Shown: positions 11,248 to 24,985 of the stretch, piece after piece | Layout: every line of letters begins with the position of its first letter | Position numbering within the stretch: position 1 is the stretch's first letter | Assembly (NCBI GenBank): GCA_965285935.1 | Contig: OZ260661.1 | Span: forward strand, 141,608,001-141,672,000 | Direction of reading: 5' to 3' | DNA: 64,000 nucleotides | Origin: Ophelia neglecta | Taxonomy: Eukaryota | The notes under the pieces: model-generated | Databases searched by the model: none | Seen by the model: the letters and a program-made list of their open reading frames with translations, nothing else | Told to the model about the DNA's origin: nothing | Program-made: the position numbers and the translations under genes

Positions 11248-11578
11248 TCGTTGTTGTTGTTGTTGTTTGGGGTTTTTACGTGGCTTTCAACTCTTATCTG
11301 GTCATATCGCCATGGTGCCTACTTGTTACAGTGGGCTCAATGCCCTCTTTAGAGTGCTGCCTCACTGGAGTACCTGCCATAGACACCAGACAGGGAACCC
11401 CGCCCAGTCACATTATACTGACACCGGGTTGACCAGTCCTGATACTACCCCCGATATACCGGGCGCCTGGCAGGGGAGCTATCAGTACCTATTTCTACGT
11501 CTTAGGTTTGACGCGATCGAGCTTCGAACCCCGATCTCCCACTTGCGAGGCGGACGCCCTAACCACTCGGCCACGCTT
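11248..11578 (-). mobile_element. tRNA-derived SINE (V-SINE-like), full length
   Basis: tRNA-like head with A box (TGGCCGAGTGG) and B box (GTTCGAAGC), central GGACTGGTCAACCCGGTGTCAGTATAATGTGACTGGG block and (CAA)n tail. The 11-bp TSD TGGAGCCAAAG is at 11237-11247 and 11579-11589. A second copy is at 41288. Confidence 0.92.
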
Positions 11579-12148
11579 TGGAGCCAAAGAATTTATGCTA
11601 TAAATGCAGATTGTATCCTATAATTGTGGGTCTCTCACATACAGTTGTTCCTCTTGCATTATTATTCGGGAAGATCACATCGGCCGACTAAAAGTGATTT
11701 ATATACATGTAACCATGATAACACGTTTATTTAATTGCTCAAAACAAAATGAGCCCTTAATCTCGGTTCCACCTATTCATATTACATCTGAAATTGTACA
11801 TCGCTGGATTGTATCGTACTTTGATCAATAAACAGTTTGAAACCTATTGCATTGGTTTTTTTTAAATGCACTAAGAAATAACATAGCATCTCTCGTGCCT
11901 AGACTACATCCCAGTTTTCAGTATAACGAACAATTAAATGTGCCGAAACAAAATAAGTCTAACACACAGTTTAGCGAATGGAGCTATACCACACATGCAC
12001 AATACCTTCCGCCGGCTTGAAGGGACCTGAATGGACCTTGCCCGACAAGGAACGCCAAGTTGTGACAGTACCAATATGGCTGTTCTCGGAAATGTTGTTA
12101 AGCACTTATACGGCTTTGTGCTGCATTGGTAGCAAAATAGTTTACAAT

Positions 12149-12354
12149 CAAGGGCGGTTCCAGCGGGGGGGGGGGGGGGCAGGAGGCCATTTTTTGTTTG
12201 TTTTACTGGCAACAAGTCCATCTAGGCGCCCAAAACTAAGGCAAATAGATGCATGTTTGTACCCACCACATGCAGCTTCTGTGCCCCCCCCCCGCTTTTT
12301 AATTCCTCCCATGGAGTGGGATCCGCTCCCTGGAAATTGCTGGATCCGCCCCTG
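12149..12354. mobile_element. hAT5-like MITE
   Basis: TIRs CAAGGGCGGTTCCAGC / GCTGGATCCGCCCCTG, with a perfect 5-bp TSD ACAAT. Confidence 0.82.
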
Positions 12355-13450
12355 ACAATTACAGTCGTTTTATAACCCATCGCTAAGCCATCCCTCCCAA
12401 ATGTTGTTCTGGATATACATAGGTTTGAGGTTCAGGTTATGTCCGCATTTATATACAGTCTTATGATAGAGAAGTCAATGCTGCGTTCGCCGCAGAATTC
12501 GTCTGATATGTACCACATACTTTTTAAACCATCTCGCTGTTCAAAGAACTGAGATGTAGGATTAGAAGCAGCTAGATAAGAAAACATATCCTTTGGCTAC
12601 ATGATGGCATGTTTAGAGGTAATGCATATAATACCTTCAGAGACCAAAAGATGGCAAAGAGAAAATTTGGACTCATACAGTTCATCGAATTAAAGCAAAA
12701 AGAGCTAGTGCTTTATAAAGGAGTTCGGGGTTAGGGTTAGGGTTAGGGTTATTGCTACCAGACAAACCACATATTGCTACGTTCCTAGGCTGCACTGGGT
12801 AATATAACGTAGTATATTTCACTCTGGCGATGATAAAGCAACTCTTCTAATGCTTGCCGTGGGGGCCTATGGCCATTTATGTAAGACCATGTTTTCATAT
12901 GATTATGTTTGACATCTGAAGAAATAGGAAGCACTTACACTAATGCCGATTTATTTGTTTTGCATTAAATCTATATCGATTATTTTATGTATGTATATAT
13001 ATATGTATGAGTTTGTGTAAACATTTAAATCAATCCATCGATATTCAAATAGACGCGTGGGCTACAACTACTCAGGAGGTTCTATCCTAGGTGGTTCGCT
13101 AAGCAGGCTTATTTTGGTGAATTATTGTAGATATATTCGGCTATTGATCGGATATTGTTGATGTAGAGACGTGTTAGTGGATATACCACTGTCAACTGTA
13201 ACATGAGAAGCATTGTAAAGTGTGATAAGTGAATGGAGCCCATAAGTAAATACTCCCGTGCACTGAGAGCTGCGTTCTATTACGCGAGGAAGCATAATCG
13301 TGCCTTTTTTTTCTGTTTTATTGTATACTTTGCCATTTGTTTATCATTACTATGGCAGCTCAACAACTGTGAGAACAGTATTGCACCGTACATGGTTCCT
13401 ATGTCAAGTAAAGGTTAATGGGAATATCAACAGAACTATTTTAATCCCAG

Positions 13451-13654
13451 GAGATACACAGATACGAAAAAGTAAGAGAGAGTTGGGTTATGACAGGGTT
13501 AGGGGTAGGGTTAAGCTAGCAACCTATCTGAATCATAACTTACTTTATCCTTCACCCTAACCCTAACCTAGTCCATATGGCTACGTTTTAAACACCTCGC
13601 ATCTCGTATCTGCGTCTCGTATCTGGTATTTCGTATCAGCTTTTCCCGTATGCC
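13451..13654 (-). mobile_element. Truncated reverse copy of the 22063-22306 MITE
   Basis: High similarity to the reverse complement of 22063-22265, including the TTAGGG-like internal repeats. One TIR is missing. Confidence 0.85.
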
Positions 13655-15409
13655 CCTAAAATAGCTGTTTACTCGAAAATAACAGTTGTAATTCCCGATT
13701 TGGCGGAAACGTGGGTCGAAAAGAGTGTGTTCTCGAAACAAGGGTACTTAAAAGCCGACTTAGCTTAAAAAGGGAGGCATTTTATAGGGAGTACTCCGTA
13801 CGTATGCTATTTCGCATTCATTACCTCAAAGTTTTGAAAGTGCTACGAATACAAAATCTGTCAAGCTATGTAAGCTAATGTATGTAAGGGGAGACTAAAT
13901 ACATGAGTTTTAATACAAAGAAATCGAAGGGAAAAAAGAAAGTAAAACAAAAATAGAAAACAAAATACAAACAAAACAACAATCGAGTCAAATAGCCAGT
14001 AGTTTACATTCAACCATTTTTGAAAGATGACAATTAATGTTGAGGGCATCGTGAAAGTTATATATGCGGGTACGCGTTGACACTATATTGTTCAAGCCAC
14101 CATAGTTGAACTAAATAGGAGGTAAATGCAAGTCTTCAGCATGTCTTGTTTGGTATAAATGTCCACGATGGAAAGCTGCAGCCCACTGGCCATGAAGATA
14201 TTTACGCATAAAGATTATAACAAAAAACTTAAAAATGTTTAAAGGGCGAGAAGGAAGGCTCTATTATGGAGCATCCTGTTATTTTAAGGAGCATATTTCT
14301 GTACTTATCATAAAGGGGGAAATTTTCTCTTGATTAAGAGAGTCGATTTTTTGGAGAAAAAAATCCTAGATTAGAGAACCCTTTTCCAAAATATCTATAT
14401 TTTTGGGAATTAACCATTTCTACCCTAAGGAAATATCTCAAAGGTTGCTACATGCAGTAATTTAAATGTTTGTATGCAGTGGCACCAAGTGATAAAAGTA
14501 AAAAAACAACAACAATCTCTCCTACATTTAGTCGGGAATATATATGCTTTAGAACGACTGGCGGCATACTCCCGCCAAATCTTGGGGTCAGTTCCCCCCG
14601 CCCCCCATGTGAGTGCCTCTAAAACAGGTAAAGTAACCATACAATCACGCCTTCTGTCGTGATATGCTAGGCCAAATTAGTATTTTGATATAACATCAAC
14701 GGCAAGTGTCCTATAATCAGCCATAGTAGTACTTCTACATAACATACACGACAATATACAGTAATATTCTTGGCCAAACAATGTGAATTATTGTATAAAA
14801 ACTTTAGGAAAGAAAAATAACAATATTTCTAAATTATCAATACACATTGGTTTGTTGAATTAACAATATTAGCATTGTAAATGAAAAAAAAACGCGTGCA
14901 CTGTTAAACCTCCGTGTCATATTGAATGTGAAACAACAAACTGTTATGTTTTGACGTTTAATATTTACATTGATCTCTGGAACTTTTAACTGTTACAGTG
15001 AAACTAACAACAGTAGCGGTTGTATTAATTCTTTGGAATATTAGATGCTCAACAGTTCAGACAGATTCAAAATACAACGTCAAAATTACTATTTGTTCTA
15101 TTGCAAATCGATTGTGTAGGCAGAATTATGGAACACCGAGCGACATTCCGCTTGACCCGTACTTTCAGCTCTATTTGGGTCAGTGTATGTATACCGGTTC
15201 AGCCCTTTCGAGCTGCTCTTTCTAGCCCACATCTAGCCCTTGTTGGAGGGGCATAGCCACAAATGTCTAGGGGTAGTACCCCTCTACTGCCGGGCAACTT
15301 ATACATCACCTATTATAGCTAACTAATGAAGCTTGGCTTTTGATAAAACCTGTGCGAGGGGAAATGTTGCCCGATATACTATAGAAGGATGGAAGGATGG
15401 TTTGGAATA

Positions 15410-15690
15410 ATGCACCTAAACCCCAATCGACGAATGTATGATATGGCCCATAAAGCTCTATAGTCAAATATATATACAATAACAATACGGCATCCAACCC
15501 CCTATAGACCAATATATAATACGGCACCTACACCTCTATAGTCGTATGTATAATATTGCAACAATACCCTATAGACGAATGCACCTTAATCCCTATACAC
15601 GATTGTATAATATGGCACCTAAACCCCTCATGACGAGTGCAATTATAGCATCTGGTAGCCTCATATGAAGCTACACAATTAACACCCAAT
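15410..15690. repeat. Degenerate ~32-bp minisatellite
   Basis: Recurring GCACCTAAACCCCTATAGACGAATGTATAATATG-like units. Confidence 0.65.
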
Positions 15691-16438
15691 GAAAATAGAA
15701 GGTGACAAAAAGAGAATAAAAAAACTGATTCAGGCTTGATAAGCACTTTCTGATATATATTTTCCAGTGAGAGATAACACCTCATTATGTTTCGTCTGTC
15801 AGGTTTCGCTTCCCATTTTTGAAGCAAATTTTGTGTACAAATTATTTTTCATGTGGATTGGATATCTAAATAAAGTTAGATATAAATAAATTTAGATATC
15901 AATAACAAGTCATATTCATAGATTCGATTGTGTTGTGACTGTCGAAAGAGCGTTCCTTGGTTAGTGGCGCCTTCTGTCGTCATTATCAATGATTTATGTC
16001 CTCATTAAGATTGTTGTTCGTGCTAAGTTGATTTCCATCGATCGTATTAAGCATCACAGATTACATTAATAATGTAAAGCTGGTCGACTTGCGTTAATTA
16101 AGTACAAAATCAATTCAACTGTTGGAAGTCAATTTATCTTATAAGACACAATTTCATTTAAGATTTATCCCTTTGACTAGAAGCTAAATCATACGCAAGT
16201 TTAAATGGATACTCTTCAATTTAGCACCAATAATTCATTATCGACAGAGCCCTTATCGAGCAAATGTTTGGGTAGATTTAAAGGGCACATTACAACATTG
16301 ACAATGAGCCGTGCAGGCGCTTACACTACTTGCAATTCAACTTGGCTGCGGCGTTTCGCCCTTAAAGCCACCGTGACTTACACTTGTCTGCATAATAATT
16401 TAGATTTAAGCCCCCTAGCTTCGGAATGTTTTCAAGTA

Positions 16439-16473
<35 letters not shown>
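16439..16473. repeat. (TA)n microsatellite
   Basis: Direct observation. Confidence 0.95.
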
Positions 16474-16474
<1 letters not shown>

Positions 16475-17010
16475 CTCTGACTAGGAATGAAATATGTAAA
16501 ACATTTAATTAATCGGACACAACCTTCAAATATTTCATCTATTTTGAGGTACACCCATGTAAAGGATAAAGAAATAAAACATTATTCATAAAATACAATG
16601 ATGGCTTCAAAATTCATCCTTAGACTAACGGCACGAAAAAAACTATTGGAGTACAATTGCATTAATCATCGGATGAATGCCGGTAGTGGGTTTTTGGCAC
16701 AAATATTCTGATGGGATTGGACAAGGGGTAAATTCTGAACGCCCCATTTTACGTTCATGCGTTCCTTCAGAGAGGAACTCGAGTCACAGGGTGATGATTG
16801 CCTTCACACCAGAAAACCCTCCTCTCAGTTCAAACACGTATATAACACGTATATAACACGCCGTCAATGTCGAAAGCCCCTTGCGAAAGCCGCTGGTGCA
16901 AAAAGTTCCTTAAAAGGAAACTGGATTCCCGGCTAACTAAACAAAGTAATTAATAGGGGAATTTGAATAAATTCGGTCCTAATGCATTAGGAATCGATAG
17001 CTGTAACTAG

Positions 17011-17455
17011 AACAAACATGAATCCCTCAAACAAACATGAATACCTAAAACAAACATGAATCTCTTAAACAAACATGAACAACTAAAACAAACATGAACC
17101 ACTAAAACAAATACGAATCCCTCAAACAAACATGAATCCCTCAAACAAACATGAATACTAATACAAACATGGATCCCTCAAACAAACATGAATCCCTCAT
17201 ACAAACATGAATCCCTCATACAAACATGAATCCCTCAAACAAACATGAATCCCTAAAACAAACATGAATCCCTCAAACAAACATGCATCCCTCAAACAAA
17301 CATGGATCCCTCATACAAACATGAATCACTCAAACAAACATGGATCCCTCAAACACACATGAATCACTCAAACAAACATGGATCCCTCAAACAAACATGA
17401 ATCCCTCAAACAAACTTGAATCCCTCAAACAAACATGAATCCCTCATAAAAACAT
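17011..17455. repeat. 20-bp minisatellite (AACAAACATGAATCCCTCAA)n, ~22 copies
   Basis: Direct observation. Confidence 0.95.
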
Positions 17456-18453
17456 AAGAATCCATTATTCTCTAACGCAAAATAAAGTTGTAATGGAATT
17501 AATATTCAATAATTGACATTCCGCAGTTCATCACCCTGGAAATGAGCAAACAGTTATGTCTTCTCCACAAGCTTTAATATAAGAAACGATTTTGGCAACG
17601 GCCGTAGATTCTTGCATGATAATCGCGCCTTATTCCGAGTTGGAGTTGGACATTTGGGTAGCAGTTCAAAAACAAACACCGGTTCCCATGGCAACCAGGC
17701 TTGAATTAAGCCTGCTCTAAGGCAACTCCATAACTAATTTGGACTAGCGTCTCGGGATATTGATATAACAGTGGCAGCAGTCACGCCAACCCTGCGTGCC
17801 CTTTTCAATTATTCACTCGCAAGCCAGTGGAGAGTATAATTCCTTAGGAAACCAAGCGAATCACTGAGTGTTTAATAAGGTAAATAGGAGTTCTCCCAGA
17901 CAACAGGAATTACCAACGGAGTCTATTTCTAGTATGTTTAGGTAAATAACAACAGGATAGAACGTCTTCAACGTGCTATTGAGATCAGATTGAGATAGTG
18001 TCATGGTGCGCAGTTGCCAGGCCGATTCTTTGACCTGGGCACAGTTTGTGTCTGCGGGATCACGATACGATTAAATCCTGACGACCGCTGAAAGGTAAAA
18101 CTAGCAGCATTTATCAATGTAAGCTGGCTTTTATCTTAGCTATCAAAAACATCCAGGTGCTTTTTTTTATAACAGGAGCCAATAGATCTAGGACTTCAGA
18201 CCGATAGGTCTCAAATATTCATAGATTCACTCGGCAACTTCAGGGAAGAAAACGTATGGTTGAACTGAAAACGTAATCAGCTATGCAATGTGGGAATCTA
18301 AATGCTGAGTATCAAATTAACATAAGATACTGCACAAAGAAATATTATGAATTGTACTGATACTGGTTTCTTACAGGGCTTTCAAGGATCAAGAAGCCGA
18401 TAAACAACTCAGAGAGTGATTTCTTAGTCTGTAGACGAACAATTGATAACAAA

Positions 18454-21400
18454 ATGTCTGCCAATTCAGTGACCAGCCTGAACCCATTGGACAAGAAGGA
18501 CTCCCCACGAAAGGAAAGGGTGGTTCTTGTTGCTTATTTTGTCTACGCAGTGACTTATGTGGCGCTCGTGGCCGCCTTTATCACGTGGTTAATAGACGAG
18601 AGGCAACAAACTAGGGATGAATTCGGGCTAAAGAAAAGGTAGGTTCCCACCGTTAAACGAGACTTGGTATGTATACATTGTATACGAGACCTAGTCGGTT
18701 ACACTTATTTAATAAACATTGTAAGGCTTACTGCGCGGCAATTCACGATAATAAGGCTTACTGCAAAATGATATTGAGGGGGAGACAGTAACATGACAAT
18801 GAGGGGGGAGACAGTCACATGTCAAAGAGTGGGAGATAGTCACATGACAATGAGTGGGAGACAATAACATGATAATGAGGGGGGATAGTCACATGACAAT
18901 GAGGGAGGAGACAGTCACATGACACTGAGGGGGAGACGTCAACATGACAATGAGGGGGAGACGTCAACATGACAATGAGGGGGAGACAGTCACATGACAA
19001 CGAGTGGGAGACAGTAACATGACAATGAGTGGGAGACAGTAACATGATAATGAGTGGGAGACAGTCACATGACAATGAGGAGGAGACAGTAACATTGCAG
19101 AAAGGGTGTCAGAGTAACATGATAATGAGCGGGAGACAGCAAGATGATAATGATGGGATGACAATAAGATGACAACAAGGCAATGGGAAGACAGTAACAT
19201 GGCAAACAGGGGGCAGACAGTTATTTGACTATGAAGGGATGACAATAAGATGGGAGCAAGGGGATGACAATAACATGGCAACGAGGAGGTGACATGACAA
19301 TGAGGGGACGACAGTAACATGACAAAGAAGGGGAGACAGGAGTATAACAGTGAGGGGGTAGGAATTAACATTGGAACCATGAATGAGTTTCATGACAATG
19401 ACGTAGTATGAATTTATAATTTTTTCCTTTTTTCCTTTTATTGAAGTAGTATGCATTAATTATATTTGATCTTTTCCTCTTCCTGTAGTAGTATGTATTT
19501 ATTATATTTGTTCTTCTTCCTTTTATCGTAGTAGTATGTATCTATTATATTTGCTCTTTTCTTTTTATTGTAATAGTATTAACTTATTATATTTGCTCTT
19601 TTTCTTGCATTGTAGTAGTAAGTATTCATAATATTTCCCTTTTCCTTTAATAGTAGTAGTATGTATTTATTATATTTCCCCTTTTCCTTTATTGTAGGAA
19701 TATGTATTTAATATATTAGCTCTTTACTTTTCATTGTAGTAGCGTTTGGGTAGAGACAACTCCAACTTTTTTAGCAACTGGTATCGCTCTGGTGGTGGCG
19801 CCACTGTTTCTCATACTCTCCTGCTTTAAGTCGGATGAAGTATGGCCGACCGGATGTTTCTACACAGAGTTCAGCGATTGGTTTAAATACATTTCCTACT
19901 TCTGGTAAGTCATACTCTATACTAATTGTTTTTCGCAGGCCCAATTTATTTGGGAATGACTACACCACATGTTATGTTCCTTTAATGAACACGCATTGTG
20001 ACAGGAAATGGAATCATATATCACGCGCATTGGGAGAGGGGGGGGGGGTTGATTAAACATTATACTTTATTATGTGAAGTACGACTAGAGACAATACCAC
20101 TTGAGAATCAACGTTCAGTCATTAGAGTCTAAAGTTTGTCCAAGTCCATATTGATATAGTCTTGAAATCGATTTTGCTGTTGCTGTTTATATTGAAAAAC
20201 TACTACATTTCTTCATTTTTATCTAATTATTTGCTATGTAAATAATGAAATCTAACATTAATTGTTCCAGGGGGTTTGTTGGTACATTTTTCGGCATACA
20301 GATCATAGTGTTTATGTGTTTGAGTGCCCAACAGTATCTGGATGTGATGCCCTCCAAAGCCGCCACCTACTGCGTGACCCCTGACCCCGTAACACTCCCG
20401 TGCCCAACTGGCGTCACCTTCTGCAGCCCAGGAGCACTACGATGTCAGTGCAGAGTGCCCTTTTATGACAACAAAATCATTGTGGCCGTCAGCAGTATTG
20501 GCGAGATCAATAAGGTAGTAATGCTATTAGTTCGCATAAATAGATTATTGAGATAAATACGGTAGATTAGTGAGTATAATAAGGTAGATTAGTGAGTATA
20601 ATAAGGTGGATTAGTGAGTATAATAAGGTAGATTAGTGAGTATAATAAGGTAGATTAGTGAGTATAATAAGGTAGATTAGTGAGTATTATAAGGTAGATT
20701 AGTGAGTATAATTAAGTAGATTAGTGGGTGTAATAAGGCAGATTGGTGAGTATAATTAGGTAGATTAGTGAGTATAATAAGGTAGATTAGTGAGTATAAT
20801 TAGGTAGATTAGTGAGTATAATAAGGTAGATTAGTGGGTATAATTAAGTAGATTAGTGAGTATAATTAGGTAGATTAGTGAGTATAATAAGGTAGATTAG
20901 TAAGTATAATAAGGGAGATTAGTGAGTATAATTAGGTAGATTTATGAGTATAATTGGGTAGATTTTTGAGTATAATTAAGTAGATTAGTGAGTATAATTA
21001 GGTAGAATAGTGAGTATAATTAGGTAGATTAGTGAGATAAGTGAGTATAATTAGGTAGAATAGTGAGTATAATAAGGTAGATTAGGTAGATTAGTGAGTT
21101 TAATTAGGTAGATTTATGAGTATAATTGGGTAGATTAGTGAGTATAATTAAGTAGATTAGTGAGTATAAAAAGGTTGATTACTGAGATAAGTAAGGCAGA
21201 TTTGCCATTAGATCTTAGTAAATAAATAGACTGTTGAAATAAAAAGGTTTAGATTTTGATTATTTGTATATTTGTATATGTAAGGTATGATTGAACACAT
21301 AAGATCAATTATTGGTAATAAACAACAGTAAATAATTATCTAGATAAACAAGGTAGGTCACCGGGATAATAATAATAATACAGCAGATTTTGTTTAACAA

Positions 21401-23858
21401 AACCCATAAATACAACTGACCATTGGATTTTATCGGTATATAATTGTGCTATACTTCTTTATTATCATAAATATATTACTGCAGTACCTTTTTATTTAAC
21501 TTTATTTTTGCGTTCTTAACAGGAGCTGTTTACCTACCAGGGCGTTGACTGGTCCGGCCCGATCGACGTGCTGACTAAGACACAAGCCGCCACTGCTGAC
21601 AGTGTGCCTTGGCTTAAAGACTACACTCACCTCAATGTGGTAAGTATCGTTACTGACTGGTTTGTGTGTTGTAACACATGATAAGCCAGGGTGATACACG
21701 GGCTACCGATTAGTGTCTCTTGAATGTTCAAATACAAAATTAATATTCATAATCACATGACACGACAGTCCAAGAAGATGCATGGTCTGAGTCTTATTTC
21801 TAGTGTTAAGTAGCCATGTATTGCTTTTCAGGCCATTTTATCATTCAACAAATCTCAGGGGTCTACAGCGTCTAAACTGTAAAGATATGGCCTAGAAGTC
21901 TGGGAAAAGTAAATTGCCTATTATTTTCGCTCAAAAAAGTTTTGTAGATAACGTTTGTCCGTTATTATCTGCCTGTCAGCTGGCAGTTCTAATAGCAGCC
22001 AGCAGCATACGTCACAGCTCCCGAGAAGCACATATAATACATTTACAGTTACATAGGGTCAGGGCATACTGGAAAAGCTGATACGAAATACCAGATACGA
22101 GACGCAGATACGAGATACGAGGTGTTTAAAACGTAGCCATATGGACTAGGTTAGGGTTAGGGTGAAGGATAAAGTAAGTTATGGTTTAGTTAGGTTGCTA
22201 GCTTAACCCTACCCCTTACCCTGTCATAATCAAACTCAATCTTAATTTTTCGTATCTGTGTACCTCGTATTTCCTTCGTATTTCGTATCAGGTTTTCCAG
22301 TATGCCTAGGGTCAGTACAAGGGTGGTCACCTTTTAGAGTTCATATAATGGTCTCTAGGAGATGATCTGATGCCATTTAACAATTATATATGCTAATTTG
22401 CTATTATGGTGCTATTGTGTCAGCCAAGTGGCATGAGAACAGATCGTTGATGACCACACATTTGAACGGTGTCTGCCACAAAGAAGTCTCAAAACTCTAC
22501 TCAACTCTTAAGGGCATATATTTTCCCGAATTGGCAATATAGCCATTGATAATAGAATAAGACGTTGTTTTGGACTGTTGTGTCACTTTATGGCACTGCA
22601 AACACAAGCGGATCTTAGTTACTGGATTTAAAAAACCGTTGGCAATTTCCGAGGCGTAGAAATTGTCAAATAGTCCATATATGCAGACAATTCAGAAAAA
22701 GTGACCCCTGGCTAGGGAATTTTTGGTGAAAACAGACACTTAGCAATGGAATAATTCACCCAAGACGACCTTTTCTGGCGGCACCTACATAGCATGGATG
22801 GAAATGTCAGTACCACACCCATACCCCCCACCCCACCGCGGTTTGGGACCCCGAAATTTACTCACCATTTAGGTTATTCTAAGTTTCCATTACAGACTCA
22901 CATTTGTTTCAATTACTAGTTTCTGTTTAACTTAACTTATTTAATTTGTGACATTTTTTTACATTTTTTATTTTTTAATGGTTTTTGAATTTTTCTAGAA
23001 AACTAGTCTTTTGAGATATTTTCATTTTGTGAGAGTCTAGATTGTATGCCTACATAGCCTAATTTTATCATATATCTCCGCCCAGATTGTAGGCCAGCAT
23101 ACCCTAATCTTGGGCCCAAGAAATAACGCTTCTTTACAGTATAAATCAGCACGCGAATTCCCTGGTTATCAACTCCATGGTTTCTTTATCAATATAAGAT
23201 TAATTAATAGCTGGCGACTGACATTCCCATGGTAACTGTCAATCTTGACCTATTGAGCTTCCTGGACGGTGTTTCCTTCCTACAGGTGTTCCTGTTGATC
23301 CAGTTGTCCTGGGTGTTAACCACTCTGAGGGTGCCTCTCACCATCGGGACGGCCTACGTACTGGAAAACGGCCAAGTGGAGGGAGCTTCCTTGGTGATGG
23401 AATCGGCCGTCACGTGTCTGTTTATCATCACTGAGAGTTTGGACGCTTTTACCTTACTCGAGGAACTACTTAGCAGCCCGGACTACTTTACTGAAAATGA
23501 TCACCTCACCAACGCCGTGCTAGCATTTGTAAGCCTCGCCATCCTGTTGATGAACACAGTACGTATGCCCAGGGCTATGCAAATGGGTTTTCTTCTGCTG
23601 ATAAACATCGGGTTCCTTGCCATACGAAGCGTCCTCTATGACAGGATGGTCATCAACGCTCCTCCAAGCGGAACAAAATGGCGGCTGCAGATCATCTTGC
23701 TCCTGTTTATCGTCAAAGCTGTCGTAATCATATTGCTGGCGTTTGTTTACCTCGTCTATTCACTCATTAACGCATGCACGCCATGGTTTAGCTTCGGGCA
23801 AACACAGGTCGAACCGGCAAAGGACGCCGGTGTGGATCCTGAAGAGGGAGAAGATTAA
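18454..23858 (+). CDS. Multipass membrane protein (~427 aa, 5 coding exons), distantly TMEM121/TMEM26-like
   Basis: Exons 18454-18638, 19740-19904, 20271-20514, 21523-21639 and 23286-23858 have GT-AG boundaries, matching phases (2,2,0,0) and no stops. There are three N-terminal TM segments, a Cys-rich loop and several C-terminal TMs (SLDAFTLLEELL, INIGFLAIR, LFIVK). The family call is tentative. Confidence 0.82.
18776..19390. repeat. 25-bp minisatellite (GAGGGGGAGACAGTAACATGACAAT)n, decaying to the right
   Basis: Direct observation; lies in intron 1 of the membrane-protein gene. Confidence 0.92.
19400..19745 (+). repeat. ~41-42-bp tandem repeat of a 3' splice-acceptor-like unit, ~8 copies
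   Basis: Unit TATATTTGxTCTTTTCCTTTTATTGTAGTAGTATGTATT. The last copy supplies the acceptor of exon 19740. Confidence 0.88.
20560..21200 (+). repeat. 22-bp minisatellite (AAGGTAGATTAGTGAGTATAAT)n, ~28 copies
   Basis: Direct observation; begins just after the donor at 20514. Confidence 0.95.
22063..22306. mobile_element. MITE with 9-bp TSD (Mutator/Merlin-like) and internal telomere-like repeats
   Basis: ~29-bp TIRs GGCATACTGGAAAAGCTGATACGAAATAC / GTATTTCGTATCAGGTTTTCCAGTATGCC. TSD TAGGGTCAG at 22054-22062 and 22307-22315. Internal GGTTAGGGTTAGGG and AACCCT. Confidence 0.9.
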
Positions 23859-24828
23859 GAAAAAGCCTGAAAATGTGTAAACTCTTTATGTGATATCATG
23901 AGTGTGTCTTTTCCAAAGCTATTGTGTTATCACTGGTTATGAATTATTGCTTTTAACCTTTGAATTGTAAACACCAGTATGGTCTTCATATTGGTGGTCT
24001 GAATTGACAGGTGGGCTTTATTAAGGGCTTTAGGATAGGTGTCACTGTTCTTCTTCAACTTTGATTCTTAAGCAATATGACGATATCAACCTTGAAGTAA
24101 ATGGAATCTCATGGTTGACCGCGGGAGCAGGCCTTTTAAAACCAGTTACAGTACTTTCAAACAGGTTTATCTGATTACGCGTTATAATGATTAGGCCTGG
24201 GGTTATCTCCGGAGCCTGTGATTAACACATTAATAATTCTTGTTTACCGTGACAAGGGGATTTTAGTCACCTTGAATCGTACAAATGTGATTGCCGAAGA
24301 CGTGGAGTACTAACATCTCGTGAATTAGGAAGAGAAACTTATTTCACTTGAATCGTGAATAAGAGTATTGCTTTCCCGTCAATAGTAATCGAAAGCTTCA
24401 TGGATCTGCTCAGAAGAAAGTGGTATTCTTTGCATACCAACTGAAAGGGGCACTTTATTTTATTTTCCGTTCACTGAAATAAAGTACTTTCCTGAGAACT
24501 CGGGTGGGGGGGGGGGGGGCGGGCTCAAGGTGAAACAACCTTTGCCAAGAGAGTTATACGGGTACGGACTCTCTTACCAGTTCCCCTCCCATCTGAAGCC
24601 TCCGGTGGTTAATACATTCCTCAGAACATACCTTGGGGGGGGGGGCACATAAGTGCGGCACGATACTCATGTCAAATCCTTAGTATTATTTTTCTATGTT
24701 CTCTCCATGTGTAATGTAGGAGGCATAACAATAAATTGAAATGTAGTGCTATCTTTTTATGCATACATTACTATGTGATCTACAAGGGTGTGATAAAAAT
24801 AGTTGATGCAAAAATTTCCAAAAAAAAG

Positions 24829-24985
24829 NNNNNNNNNNNNNNNNNNNNNNNNNNNNNNNNNNNNNNNNNNNNNNNNNNNNNNNNNNNNNNNNNNNNNNNN
24901 NNNNNNNNNNNNNNNNNNNNNNNNNNNNNNNNNNNNNNNNNNNNNNNNNNNNNNNNNNNNNNNNNNNNNNNNNNNNNNNNNNNNN
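24829..24985. other. Assembly gap (157 N)
   Basis: Run of N. Confidence 1.

Noticed and set aside
12727-12750. Telomere or chromosome-fusion relic
   Set aside because: Only about three TTAGGG units, and similar tracts occur inside local MITEs.
18815-19456. Cys/His-rich ORFs on the - strand
   Set aside because: They are translations of the intronic 25-bp minisatellite.
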